From NCBI GenBank assembly GCA_949295285.1, contig CASFKI010000054.1, forward strand, positions 2,383-66,382: a stretch of 64,000 bases of DNA, given 5' to 3'. The notes under the pieces are model-generated. The model saw only the letters and a list, made by a program, of their open reading frames with translations, did not search any database and was not told the DNA's origin. A program made the position numbers and the translations under genes. Below, one piece after another: positions 1-10,275 of the stretch (positions are counted from its first letter, which is position 1; every line of letters begins with the position of its first letter). Source of the DNA: an uncultured bacterium (lineage in GTDB: Bacteria > Bacillota_I > Bacilli_A > RF39 > UBA660).

Positions 1-444
1 AGGAAATAAATAATATTCTTTATTATTAAATATTACTTTATTTCCATATAATCTACTTATTTCATTGATACTATTTGCTATTCTTTTTACATTATTATTT
101 TGACTTATTATGTAACTAATACTTACTTCAAAAGAATTTTGATTTAATATTCTATAACATTTACATGACTCTACTAAATCTTTTAATTCACTATTATTTA
201 AAATAATTTCATTATTTATTTTATCATAATCTCTTTTTAAATCAAAATAATCATTTATAATATTCTCTAAATTATCGTAGTTTGATGATTCAATATACAA
301 TATATCATTATCTTGTTTAATATTAATAACTCTATCGCTTAATATATTAGTTATGCTTTTATCTTCTTCAATTATACTTCTAAAGCAAGAACCGCTAGTT
401 AATATATCTTCTACATTTAAATTTTTAATCCTCAGTTTCAGCAT
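1..444 (-). CDS. 8-oxoguanine DNA glycosylase (Ogg/AlkA-like), N-terminal part; the C-terminus lies beyond the window start
   Basis: Reverse translation from 444 gives MLKLRIKNLNVEDILTSGSCFRSIIEED...; the LTSGSCFR motif resembles the OGG N-domain FCGQSFRW motif; the ATG overlaps the 3' end of the LtaS-like gene by about 20 nt. Confidence 0.45.
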   Translation of the reverse strand, partial: MLKLRIKNLNVEDILTSGSCFRSIIEEDKSITNILSDRVINIKQDNDILYIESSNYDNLENIINDYFDLKRDYDKINNEIILNNSELKDLVESCKCYRILNQNSFEVSISYIISQNNNVKRIANSINEISRLYGNKVIFNNKEYYLFP

Positions 445-2347
445 AATACTTTACCCTCTCATAGAAATTTGTATCTAATATTGTTGAAGATACCGAAAAC
501 TTATCAGATACTATTTCATTAATCATATCTATATATTCTTTATTAACTTCTTCATCACTATTACTAATAAATTTATTTTTTATAGAATCGTATTTTCCTT
601 TATTTGTAATCCAACTTCTATCTGAAAAAATAACTATATGATCATCATCACTAAATATGTCTTTTCCCACGTAAAATCTAGAATCGTATTCAATGCCAAA
701 TAAATTATATATGGTTGGTAAAATGTCTAAACTACTAATTGTATCTTCAATAACAATATTTTCTAACTTAGGATTATACATAATTAATGATGTATGAAAT
801 TTTTCAAATTTATCGCATTTATTGTATTCACTAACTTCATTTAATTGTTTTGTATTCAATCCATATGGATAATGATCTGGAGAAATGATAATAAGAGTAT
901 CATCTAAAATATTCTTTCTTTCTAATTCATTAATTAATAATTCTAAAGCTTTATCTAATTCAATATGTGTGGCATAATAAGATTTAATCGAATTACTATA
1001 ATCTAAATTTTCTACTTCTTTTTTATTTTTAATAGCCATATCATTTGAATTAAAATCATAATTTAAATGTCCACTTACTGTCATATAATATGTCAAAAAT
1101 GGTTTATTTGAATCGATATAATAATCAATCGTAGACTCAATCATTTCATAATCACTACTTGGCCAATTATTACAATTCATAATCTCTTCAAGGCCATTCC
1201 CACATCCAATAAAATTAAATCCTATATTTGTATGTGATTTACTTCTATTATAAAAATTATAATCATGATTATGAAATGCATATGTTAAATAATCATGATT
1301 TTTAAACATATTACCTATAGAATATTTCATATTTAAATTAGAAGTTTTAGAAAAACTCCATGTCCCTTCTTGAGGTATTAAAGACATTAATATCATATAT
1401 TCACCATCAGATGTTGAAATTGGATATATTGGTTGATAATAATTTTCAAACTTAACTCCATTTGTTGATAGTTTATATAAAGTTGGAGTTATATCTTTAT
1501 CAATAGCAATAGTATCAAATGATTCAGCCGTAATTAATATAAGATTTTTATTTTTAAATAATCCTGTATATTCATTTTTTTTAGTAGGTTTAACACTATC
1601 AAAATAATTATATAGCAATTTAATTCTTTCATTTGATTCTCTATTAATTAATTCGTCAAAATTAATATTATAAACATTATATAATTCATTATCATCTATA
1701 ATATATTTTTCTTTATAATTCATCTTTTCTTCAAAACCAAAAAAATATCTATATGTGTCTATTATTTCCATAGTTAATAAACCCGTTTTGTTAATTGTCA
1801 ATATAGAACTATATGTAGAATATATTAATTTATTTATAACACTATTAATATTTATATATACAACTAAGCCAAACAAAACAAATACCATCGAAACAAGTGA
1901 AATAGAAGCATTTTTTAATGATATTCTTTTATAAGAAAAAAATTTATTATTAAATTTTAAAAATAATATAAAAGGTATAATTACAATCAAAAATACATAC
2001 CATATTCTAAATATAACATCTATTATTATTTTCCCAAACTGCAATACTTGTCCTGTTCCAGTAGTCAATGAAAAGAAAGAAAATATTGAATTATATATAT
2101 TAAAGTAAACTATTTGTGCTAATGTTAATATAATCAAAAAAGATAATATAATAATCGCTAATATTTTATTAATTCTTTCTTTGAATAAGCTAGTAAATAT
2201 AAATAATATCAAAATCCATATCAAACTAAAAAATATTACTGATATGGTATTTAATGATAATAGATTATTTAATACAAAAGATTTATAAATAATTTCTAAA
2301 TAAATAATCCAAAATCCCCAAATATAAAAAGAATCAATTTTTTTCAT
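425..2347 (-). CDS. LTA synthase family protein (sulfatase-domain phosphoglycerol transferase, LtaS-like), N-terminal 5 TM plus extracellular sulfatase domain
   Basis: 640-aa ORF; hydrophobic N-terminal third; sulfatase-family motifs ITAESFD and SPDHYPYG. Confidence 0.75.
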   Translation of the reverse strand: MKKIDSFYIWGFWIIYLEIIYKSFVLNNLLSLNTISVIFFSLIWILILFIFTSLFKERINKILAIIILSFLIILTLAQIVYFNIYNSIFSFFSLTTGTGQVLQFGKIIIDVIFRIWYVFLIVIIPFILFLKFNNKFFSYKRISLKNASISLVSMVFVLFGLVVYININSVINKLIYSTYSSILTINKTGLLTMEIIDTYRYFFGFEEKMNYKEKYIIDDNELYNVYNINFDELINRESNERIKLLYNYFDSVKPTKKNEYTGLFKNKNLILITAESFDTIAIDKDITPTLYKLSTNGVKFENYYQPIYPISTSDGEYMILMSLIPQEGTWSFSKTSNLNMKYSIGNMFKNHDYLTYAFHNHDYNFYNRSKSHTNIGFNFIGCGNGLEEIMNCNNWPSSDYEMIESTIDYYIDSNKPFLTYYMTVSGHLNYDFNSNDMAIKNKKEVENLDYSNSIKSYYATHIELDKALELLINELERKNILDDTLIIISPDHYPYGLNTKQLNEVSEYNKCDKFEKFHTSLIMYNPKLENIVIEDTISSLDILPTIYNLFGIEYDSRFYVGKDIFSDDDHIVIFSDRSWITNKGKYDSIKNKFISNSDEEVNKEYIDMINEIVSDKFSVSSTILDTNFYERVKYYAETED

Positions 2348-2593
2348 ATTATTTGTCTTTCATTTTTTTTATAACAGTTAATATCATTATTAGAATAATA
2401 ATGCCAATGCCTATTAATGATAAGATTATCACTTGTTCTTTCACACTTCCTTGTAATGCCAAGTCACTAAAATTCATTCATATCACCATAAATATTTTAT
2501 CAAAATTATTAAATTCTTTCAATAAAATATATTACTTATATAAAATGCATATTACAATAAACATAATTATGTTATAATTAATTTGGTGATAAT

Positions 2594-3508
2594 ATGCGAA
2601 ATAAAAAAAAATCAGAAAAAAAAGTTGAAATCGTTGAAAAAAAGTCTTTTGAAAACATTAAAATTGCATTTTTATTTAATTTAACATTTTCTTTATTAGA
2701 AGGACTTGGAGGTATCTTGACAAATAGTATTTCAATATTATCAAATGCAATACATGATTTTTGTGATTCATTTTCAATAGGTATTTCATTTTTACTTGAA
2801 AAGAAAAATAAAATAAATTCTGATAAAATAAATACATATAATTATCTTAAATATTCATTGTTAGGTGCAATTGTAACATCTGTTGTATTAATATTTGGAT
2901 CAGGAATAATTATTTTTAATTCAATTCCAAGACTTATTAATCCTGATGAAGTTAATCATGATGCTATGATTATATTTGCAATATTTGGTATAATTATAAA
3001 TGGATATGCAGCTTATAAAACATCAAAAAGTATTAAATATAAAGAAAAATCTATTAATTTACATATGTTAGAAGATGTATTTGGTTGGATTTTAATATTA
3101 GTTGGAAGTATAATCATAAAAGTATTTGGATTAATTATTATTGATCCAATAATGTCCATTTTATTAGGTTTATTTATATTATTACATGTATATAGAAATT
3201 TGAAAGACATTTTTGATATAATTATGGAAAAAGTTCCAAAAGATATTGATATTGAGAAAATAAAAAAAGATTTAAAGATGCAATATAATTTTATAGAAGA
3301 TATTAATCATGTTCATGTATGGTCAGTAGATGGTGTAAATAATTGCATTTCAGCACATATATTAATTAATAAGTGTATAACAATTAATCAAATAAATGAA
3401 TTTAAAAATAGTGTTAAATTATTTTTAAAAGATAAAAATATAATTTATTCGACTATAGAAATAGAATACGATAATGATAAATTTGATAAGAAATTAAAAG
3501 AGCTTTAA
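2594..3508 (+). CDS. cation diffusion facilitator family transporter (CzcD-like)
   Basis: 304 aa; TM core with HDFCDS and HVWS motifs typical of CDF; C-terminal cytoplasmic domain. Confidence 0.8.
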   Translation: MRNKKKSEKKVEIVEKKSFENIKIAFLFNLTFSLLEGLGGILTNSISILSNAIHDFCDSFSIGISFLLEKKNKINSDKINTYNYLKYSLLGAIVTSVVLIFGSGIIIFNSIPRLINPDEVNHDAMIIFAIFGIIINGYAAYKTSKSIKYKEKSINLHMLEDVFGWILILVGSIIIKVFGLIIIDPIMSILLGLFILLHVYRNLKDIFDIIMEKVPKDIDIEKIKKDLKMQYNFIEDINHVHVWSVDGVNNCISAHILINKCITINQINEFKNSVKLFLKDKNIIYSTIEIEYDNDKFDKKLKEL

Positions 3509-3514
3509 AAGCTC

Positions 3515-4306
3515 TTATTTTTTTATATATTTACCATTAATTACATTAAATATATTCTCCTCATCAATAGCAGAAGATATAATTTCTAACCCATCATTAT
3601 CTCTAAGAATATTAATTTTTCTAAATTCATCTTCTTGTTTTAGATTATTTATATTATCAAAATATATCATTTCCGATTCAGATATTTTTTTTGTTTTTAA
3701 AATAACATAAACCTCATTATCAGTTACTTCACTTATAATAACATAGGCATCATCATTATAATATAATCCAATCATATCACTTGTCGGTGCAGATACTTTT
3801 TGTAAATCTACATCTACATTAGTAAAATCGCTTCCTTCTTCATTAGTTGTATATTTTAAACTAATTCCAGTTTCATTTTTAACAATTGTTGATTTATAAT
3901 TATATCCAAAAAAATCTGAATCATATGATACGTTATTGTTTTCAACAGAAGCGACAAAATTAGCAGTTTTAATTTCACCATCAACTATTTTTGAAATAAG
4001 AATAGCTATTTCATTTAAGCTTGATTGGTATATGTGAACTTCCATGTCATCTTTTTTATACACTCCATTCCAATCAAACAAATTTTTATAACCTTTAATC
4101 GTTTCAGATATTGTAATCTCACTATCAAGAGTATCATTAGGCTTCTTTAGCACCCCAAAATATATATATACTCCAATAGTCACCAATAAAATACCCACGA
4201 TTATTGGAATTAATGTATTTTTTTTCTTTTTTTCTGGATTAGGTAAATTATTCGTTAAGTTATTATTTTGCATATTTTGGTTTATTTGACTACTTTGATC
4301 ATTCAT
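3515..4306 (-). CDS. hypothetical bitopic membrane protein (N/Q-rich N-terminus, single TM, extracellular domain)
   Basis: 263-aa ORF, one hydrophobic segment IPIIVGILLVTIGVYIYFGVL, no recognisable domain. Confidence 0.5.
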   Translation of the reverse strand: MNDQSSQINQNMQNNNLTNNLPNPEKKKKNTLIPIIVGILLVTIGVYIYFGVLKKPNDTLDSEITISETIKGYKNLFDWNGVYKKDDMEVHIYQSSLNEIAILISKIVDGEIKTANFVASVENNNVSYDSDFFGYNYKSTIVKNETGISLKYTTNEEGSDFTNVDVDLQKVSAPTSDMIGLYYNDDAYVIISEVTDNEVYVILKTKKISESEMIYFDNINNLKQEDEFRKINILRDNDGLEIISSAIDEENIFNVINGKYIKK

Positions 4307-4470
4307 AATATTACTCTCCTTACTTTACTTTATATTAACACTAAAAACAATTTTTAACAATATAAAACAAATTAGTTTACAAAAAATAAAATTTAGGTAT
4401 TACACAAAAAAAATATTTGTGCTATAATTATCGGATTGCGCAAAAAATAAGAAGAAAAGGAAGTGTTTTT

Positions 4471-5812
4471 ATGAAAGAAATAGATTTAGGAAAAGAGAAA
4501 ATTTCTAAATTATTAATAAGCTTTTCAATACCATGTATAATTAGTATGCTTATTAACTCCGTTTATAATATTGTTGATTAAATATTTATTGGCCAAGGCG
4601 TTGGAACTTTAGGAAATGCCGCCACTAATGTAATTTTTCCATTAGTTATTATATGTAATGCTATTGCATCTTTAATTGGAAATGGTGCTTCTGCTAATTT
4701 CAGTTTAAAATTGGGCGAAAAAGATTTACAATCAGCCAAAAAAGGATTAGGGGGATCAATAACTTTATTAATTATTGTTTCTGTTATTACTGCATTATTA
4801 GGTGAATTATTTTTACCATTCTTGATTAAAATATTTGAGTGTACACACTGTGTATGATTATGCTATTACATATGGTAGAATTATTTTAATTGGTGCGCCT
4901 TTTATGATAATTTATACTGGATTATCATCTATTATTAGATCTGATGGTTCTCCTAAATATTCTATGGTATGTTTAGTTATAGGAGCTATATTAAATATTA
5001 TTTTAGATTATATATTTATTATGATATTTAATATGGATGTAGCCGGTGGTGCATTGGCTACAATAATTGGACAATTTGTATCATTAATTATATCATTAAT
5101 TTATATTCCTAGAATTAAATCAGTAAAACTAAATAAAAGTGATTATAAACTAGATAAATCTATATTTAAAACTTTGGGATTAGGATTATCAAGTTTTATA
5201 ACTCAAATAACTATTTTAGCTTTATTTATTGTAATGAATAATTTAATGACTATATTTGGTACTAGTAGTAAGTTTGGTAGTGATATACCTTTATCAGTTT
5301 ATGGTATCATATCTAAAGTGAATAGTCTTTATATATCAACTATATTAGGTATGGCTATTGGCTCACAACCAATTATAGGTTATAACTATGGAGCCGGTAA
5401 TTATAAAAGAGTAAAAGAAATTATTAAAAAAGTTTTTTAATTAGTTTTGTTATAGGTGTTATATTTAATTTAATATTCTTTATTTTTCCAAAACAAATTA
5501 CATCAATGTTTATAACATCTTTAGATCCTAATTATGATTTAGTGATGGAATTTGCCATTGATTTCTTTAGAATATTTTTAATGGTATGCTTTGTTAATAT
5601 ATTTAAGCATTATAATACAATCACTTGGAAATATTAAAAAATCAACATTAGTATCTTTTACAAGACAAATAATTTTGTTTATACCTCTTGCTATTATATT
5701 ATCAAATATTTTTGGATTATATGGCTCATTATACGCAGGAGTAATATCTGATTTTACTTGCTTTATTTTTGTTCTATTCATTATATACAGCGAATATAAA
5801 AAATTAACTAAA
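4471..5812 (+). pseudogene. MATE family efflux transporter, disrupted: in-frame TAA at codon 37 (4579-4581) and three frameshifts (~4830, ~5436, ~5605); last fragment reads through without a stop into the next gene
   Basis: MKEIDLGKEKISKLLISFSIPCIISMLINSVYNIVD*IFIGQGVGTLGNAATN... continues across frames (TVYDYAITYGRIILIGAPF..., ...GVIFNLIFFIFPKQITSMF..., ...QSLGNIKKSTLVSFTRQIILFIPLAIILS...); each piece matches MATE consensus in order; extended -10 tgcTATAAT and RBS aaggaag upstream of 4471. Confidence 0.7.
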
Positions 5813-6409
5813 ATGGAAGAAAAAAGTCACACGATCACAGTGGAGGAAAGGGTTAATGATAAAAATAATAAGACATCTTTAGTTATTACTATCGCTCGTG
5901 AATATGGCTCTGGTGGAAGATATGTTGGTAAATTATTAGCAGAAAATTTAAATATTCCATTCTATGATAAAGAATTAATTAGATTAGCCGCCAAAGAATC
6001 AGGATTTACTGAAAAATATATTGAAGAAAATGAACTAACCAAAAAATCAAATTATATAAATGATAATAATATATTTATAGCTGAAGGAAAAGTAATTAAA
6101 AAAATAGCCAAAAAACCATGTGTCATAATTGGTAGATGTGCTGATTATGTATTAAAAAATAATAAAAATGTATATAATGTATTTTTATATAGTAACAAAA
6201 AAGAAGAAAAAGTTTCTAAATATTATGGTATAAAAGAAAATACAAAAAAAGAAATTGATAAAATTAATAAGCAAAGAGCAAAACATTATAAATTTTATAC
6301 AAATACTAATTGGTATGATATAAGTCATTATGATATTGCTATTAATGTTGATACATTGGGAGTTGAAAAAACAGCTGAAATGCTTAAAAATATAGTAATA
6401 AATAAATAA
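5813..6409 (+). CDS. cytidylate kinase-like family protein (AAA/NMP-kinase-like)
   Basis: MEEKSHTITVEERV...LVITIAREYGSGGRYVGKLLAENLNIPFYDKELI matches the cytidylate kinase-like family N-terminus; same frame as the last MATE fragment with no intervening stop. Confidence 0.65.
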   Translation: MEEKSHTITVEERVNDKNNKTSLVITIAREYGSGGRYVGKLLAENLNIPFYDKELIRLAAKESGFTEKYIEENELTKKSNYINDNNIFIAEGKVIKKIAKKPCVIIGRCADYVLKNNKNVYNVFLYSNKKEEKVSKYYGIKENTKKEIDKINKQRAKHYKFYTNTNWYDISHYDIAINVDTLGVEKTAEMLKNIVINK

Positions 6410-6440
6410 AAGAATATATTAGATATATTCTTTTTATTTA
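6410..6440 (+). terminator. Rho-independent terminator after the cytidylate kinase-like gene
   Basis: Hairpin AAGAATATAT-tag-ATATATTCTT followed by TTTTATTT. Confidence 0.6.
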
Positions 6441-6466
6441 TTAAAAAACTAATCGTATGATTAGTT
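6440..6466 (-). terminator. Rho-independent terminator downstream of tRNA-Cys
   Basis: On the - strand AACTAATC-atac-GATTAGTT followed by TTTTTAA. Confidence 0.55.
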
Positions 6467-6475
6467 ACTTTTTAA

Positions 6476-6549
6476 TGGAGGAGCCAGTCGGATTTGAACC
6501 GACGATGAAGGTGTTGCAGACCTGTGCCTTACCACTTGGCTATGGCTCC
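6476..6549 (-). tRNA. tRNA-Cys (anticodon GCA), CCA encoded
   Basis: Reverse complement GGAGCCATAGCCAAGTGGTAAGGCACAGGTCTGCAACACCTTCATCGTCGGTTCAAATCCGACTGGCTCCTCCA: 7-bp acceptor stem, anticodon loop CTGCAAC, T-arm GGTTCAAATCC. Confidence 0.9.
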
Positions 6550-6580
6550 ATGTGCATATAATTATATCAAATTATATGCA

Positions 6581-8188
6581 TTATTTCAAGATAATTGTGT
6601 ATTTTATACCTCTAATTAATAAAATTAATTTAATTTCATCAGCATATTTTAAATTATTCGATACCTGAAGATAAGAGTATTCATCATTTTTATATTTAAC
6701 TGGTATTGCTTGCATATAAGTTATATATTTAGAATCTAAATATTTATATTCAATATAAGCATACTTTTCTAGAAACTCAGAAGCACTATTTATATATTTT
6801 TTCATGTATAAGCTATCATCTAATTTTAAATTAGTTTCCAATTTTAAAACAGTTAAATCACCCTTACCAATATTATTTGGCGATACTACATATTTAATAT
6901 CTTTACATACATTATCCTTATCGCATTCATTGTAAATTTCATTAAATTTATCTTTTATATCATAATTATTTATATTTAATATAGAATCATTTAAAATTGT
7001 ATCTGATAATAATAGATTAACAGATAATTTATATTCCCCTTTATCAACTATATTATTTATATTTTTAGGATTCAACACGATGTTTTTATATTGAACTTGA
7101 ATTTCACCAATAGATCTATCATTATAATTTTTTACTTTAAGTGTATATTTATCCATTAATTCATCTGAATTTAGTTCAAATACTACAATAAATGATTTTA
7201 TTTCATTTGCATTTATTATAGTTGGAGAATATGTTTGTCCAAAATCTAAAAAAATATTATTTAATGTAAATATAGGAAATAATAAACCTTTTTTAGTCTC
7301 TAATCTAAAAGTCTCTCTTGTTAAAGTATATATATTATTTAGTTTATTTTCAGCATTTATTTCGATTAATAAATAAGTTTTACCCTTTTCTATTTCTTTA
7401 TTATTTATATTAGTAGTCGTAATGTAACTATTTTTTACTTTATACCATATTGTATTTGCTACAACTTGTACGTTTTCTTTATATTCAGCATCATAAACAT
7501 TAATTTTAACAAATATAAATATGCAAGAAATTAAAACAAATATTGAACACGCTGTAATAACAAATAATTTATTTTCATATATGAAATACTTTATTAGTCT
7601 AAATAATTTTCTAAAATATCTTTGTATTTTATAATTATCATTCCCAAGTGATAATTCAATTTCTTCATTATCAGTAGTATCTATACTTATTTCTTCTAAA
7701 TCTTTTTTAAAATCGAATTGTTTTAAATTAAATCCAAGGGCTCTACCTAATATAATAAAACTAAATATTACTTCTGGTAATAACATTATCAACGAAAAAT
7801 CTCTATATAGTCTTACTGATTCCATATCTATTGAATTTACATTTAAATCTTGAAAAATGTTAAATATAATCATAAAATAAATAATTAAAATAACATTATA
7901 TATACTAACAACTAGATATGTTTTATTCTCTTTCCGTTTAATTGCCAATAAATAGAATATAATTGATGACACTATAATTGCTAAAATTGCTATTATAAAC
8001 ATAATAAAATTTATGTATTCACTTTCTAAACTTCCAGTATTAATATAATAACGATTAGATACATAATTACTAAAAAATGAATATATCGAAAATAACTTAA
8101 TCGATAAATATACTAACATAGCAAAAAGAACCCCATGTATTGGCCTAAAGTTTTTTATTAAAAATGCATAAGGTTTCTTAACTAGCAA
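6581..8188 (-). CDS. hypothetical polytopic membrane protein with large extracellular C-terminal domain
   Basis: 535-aa ORF, 4-5 N-terminal hydrophobic segments, no recognisable domain. Confidence 0.5.
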   Translation of the reverse strand: MLVKKPYAFLIKNFRPIHGVLFAMLVYLSIKLFSIYSFFSNYVSNRYYINTGSLESEYINFIMFIIAILAIIVSSIIFYLLAIKRKENKTYLVVSIYNVILIIYFMIIFNIFQDLNVNSIDMESVRLYRDFSLIMLLPEVIFSFIILGRALGFNLKQFDFKKDLEEISIDTTDNEEIELSLGNDNYKIQRYFRKLFRLIKYFIYENKLFVITACSIFVLISCIFIFVKINVYDAEYKENVQVVANTIWYKVKNSYITTTNINNKEIEKGKTYLLIEINAENKLNNIYTLTRETFRLETKKGLLFPIFTLNNIFLDFGQTYSPTIINANEIKSFIVVFELNSDELMDKYTLKVKNYNDRSIGEIQVQYKNIVLNPKNINNIVDKGEYKLSVNLLLSDTILNDSILNINNYDIKDKFNEIYNECDKDNVCKDIKYVVSPNNIGKGDLTVLKLETNLKLDDSLYMKKYINSASEFLEKYAYIEYKYLDSKYITYMQAIPVKYKNDEYSYLQVSNNLKYADEIKLILLIRGIKYTIILK

Positions 8189-8246
8189 TCAAACCAACTC
8201 CTATTATAATGATTATATCATTTTTAAATAAAAAAGACTAGATTTT

Positions 8247-8588
8247 CTAATCTCTTTTATAAAATATCATTTGCTCTGGTAATAAATATATTGTTTTATT
8301 TTGTTCAACCAATTGTTCTTCTGACACATTAAATATATTACTTATATTTTCTAATGTGTCCCCCTCTTTAGTAATATAATAACTAACATTCTTATTTGGA
8401 ATTAATAAAGTTTGATTAGGATAAATATAATCATCTATATCCAATCCATTTAACTCAGCCAATAATTTTGTATTAACATTATAATATTCAGATATTTTAT
8501 ATAAAGTATCTCCCCTTTTAATTTCATATGTTGTATAAAAAGGATTTTCTATACTTTTTCTAACTTCATAATCTAACACTTTAATCAC
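8247..8588 (-). CDS. LysM domain protein (two LysM repeats)
   Basis: YEIKRGDTLYKISEYYNVNTKLLAELNGL and YYITKEGDTLENISNIFNVSEEQLVEQN fit the LysM pattern. Confidence 0.7.
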   Translation of the reverse strand: MIKVLDYEVRKSIENPFYTTYEIKRGDTLYKISEYYNVNTKLLAELNGLDIDDYIYPNQTLLIPNKNVSYYITKEGDTLENISNIFNVSEEQLVEQNKTIYLLPEQMIFYKRD

Positions 8589-8616
8589 CTAAAATATTAT
8601 ATGATACATTTAATAT

Positions 8617-9723
8617 TTAGTTATTTATATATACAAATATTGTGTTATTACTATTAAAAGATAATTCATAATTATAAAAAATTAATTCACTTCCATTATT
8701 TGGAGTATACATATAGAAATTATCATTTTCTAAATAATATATTTTATTTTTGTTTTCTTTTATTGGCGTTACTTCATTAGAAACTATTTTTTGATATAGT
8801 TTTTTATTTTCATTAATAGACTTATATAATCCATAATTTACTAAATATTTATAATTAGATTCATAATTAACATTATATTTTATTTTATCTATTTTATACT
8901 CTGATTTGCTACACACCTCGAATTCTTCTCCATTATATTTAATAAATCCAATTTCATTATTTCCTTTAACTATGGTTTTTCCATTTTTAATATTTATTTC
9001 ATATAATATACTATTTTTATTATCATATATGTATAAATTATTTTTAATATTTCCAACTATATATGAATCAAAGTCTATTTTTATATTTAATTCGATTTCA
9101 TTTTTTTTAAAACTTTTTAAATTTAATACTATTAATTTACTATATTCATGCTCTTCGTCGTAATTAGCAATATATATATTATCATCTATCAAATATGAAA
9201 GTGTATTATCATATTTATCTTTATTAAATAAATCTACTTTCTTATATGAGTTACCATTCATTATAATATATCCTTTATAATTCCATAATGCTATATATTC
9301 ATCAGATGATAAATTATTATGGTATACAAAATCTTTATCAGATTTATCTATATTAACTACTTCATTCTTATATATTTCTAATTGTTCTGAATCTATCAAA
9401 TTATAATCTGTATATTCTTCACCAACATAACATAAGGGATATGTTTCAACATCGTCTATTTGTGGATATATACAAATAAAATCATCTGATTCTATAGTTT
9501 TAATACTATTAATCATTTTTTTATTTAAACTACGCCTTTTATAGATGTCAAAATTATATACTTTATCATCTTTTCTTATTTCATAATAAAATCTTTTATC
9601 ACTATACTTAGTATTTACACTATAACCATTTACTTCATATTTTATGTCATATTCACTATATCTATATTTTATAAAAATTAATATGAAAAAAATAATTATA
9701 GAATATAATAATAATTTTTTCAT
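8617..9723 (-). CDS. hypothetical membrane-anchored extracellular protein
   Basis: N-terminal signal/TM MKKLLLYSIIIFFILIFI followed by N/Y/K-rich sequence; own -10 TATAAT and RBS GGGTGA after an upstream terminator. Confidence 0.5.
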   Translation of the reverse strand: MKKLLLYSIIIFFILIFIKYRYSEYDIKYEVNGYSVNTKYSDKRFYYEIRKDDKVYNFDIYKRRSLNKKMINSIKTIESDDFICIYPQIDDVETYPLCYVGEEYTDYNLIDSEQLEIYKNEVVNIDKSDKDFVYHNNLSSDEYIALWNYKGYIIMNGNSYKKVDLFNKDKYDNTLSYLIDDNIYIANYDEEHEYSKLIVLNLKSFKKNEIELNIKIDFDSYIVGNIKNNLYIYDNKNSILYEINIKNGKTIVKGNNEIGFIKYNGEEFEVCSKSEYKIDKIKYNVNYESNYKYLVNYGLYKSINENKKLYQKIVSNEVTPIKENKNKIYYLENDNFYMYTPNNGSELIFYNYELSFNSNNTIFVYINN

Positions 9724-9751
9724 AATGTCACCCAATTAAATTATACATTAA

Positions 9752-9778
9752 AAAAAACTAGATTTCTAGTTTTTAATA
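9752..9778. terminator. bidirectional hairpin terminator
   Basis: AAAAACTAGA-tt-TCTAGTTTTT perfect palindrome with T/A tracts either side; overlaps the stop of the DsbA-like gene. Confidence 0.6.
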
Positions 9779-10212
9779 ACCTCAGTTTTTTTCAAAAAGT
9801 CAACAACAGCTTCTTCACTTTCATAGCCAACTAATGTGTCTATAACTTTAGCATCTTGAATAACAGCTGTAAATGGAATATATTCTGGATTTAATTTTTC
9901 ATAAGAAGTTGTTAATTTTTCAACTTCATCTGTACTCATAGTATCAGTTTCAAAGAAATATAATTTAAAACCATATTCTTCTGATAGATCAGTTATTACA
10001 GGTTTATAACTTTGGCAATGAGGACATGATGTACTACCTATTATTGTTACAACAGGTGTTGATGTTTGCGTATCTGCAAGCCAATCGTCTATCGTCGGTA
10101 AAACAACTACTGGTTTACTAGTATTTCCTGATATCATAAATGATACTACAAAAAATAATATTAAACCAAGTACTATACTAACTGTTAATATAATATTTTT
10201 CTTCTTTTTCAT
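9766..10212 (-). CDS. membrane-anchored thioredoxin-fold thiol:disulfide oxidoreductase, DsbA-like (CPHC active site)
   Basis: 148 aa, N-terminal TM, active site STSCPHCQSY (CPHC is the DsbA motif), thioredoxin-fold length. Confidence 0.7.
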   Translation of the reverse strand: MKKKKNIILTVSIVLGLILFFVVSFMISGNTSKPVVVLPTIDDWLADTQTSTPVVTIIGSTSCPHCQSYKPVITDLSEEYGFKLYFFETDTMSTDEVEKLTTSYEKLNPEYIPFTAVIQDAKVIDTLVGYESEEAVVDFLKKTEVIKN

Positions 10213-10275
10213 TATTCACCTCTTACTTAATAGTTTAACTCATAATGTACATTAAAATCAAGAAAAAGAAATATG

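Noticed and set aside
2353-2577. 74-aa + strand ORF between the LtaS-like gene and the CDF transporter
   Set aside because: It lies in the divergent promoter region, has a low-complexity I/N-rich translation and no RBS, and is typical spurious ORF noise in ~20% GC DNA.
3013-3210. Short antisense ORFs inside genes (for example 3013..3210, 5578..5781, 8906..9163, 13808..14029, 16559..16810, 17442..17849, 18636..18830, 18989..19186, 24816..25061, 28421..28603, 32439..32717, 33451..33666, 33961..34377, 39003..39239, 40347..40689, 40931..41438, 41706..41891, 42997..43185, 44442..44684, 45142..45357, 45924..46217, 49748..49933, 59585..59815, 61050..61238, 61848..62075, 12941..13171)
   Set aside because: All lie antisense to or overlap well-supported genes. 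Their translations are I/L/F/N-rich with no motifs, as expected from stop-poor AT-rich antisense frames.
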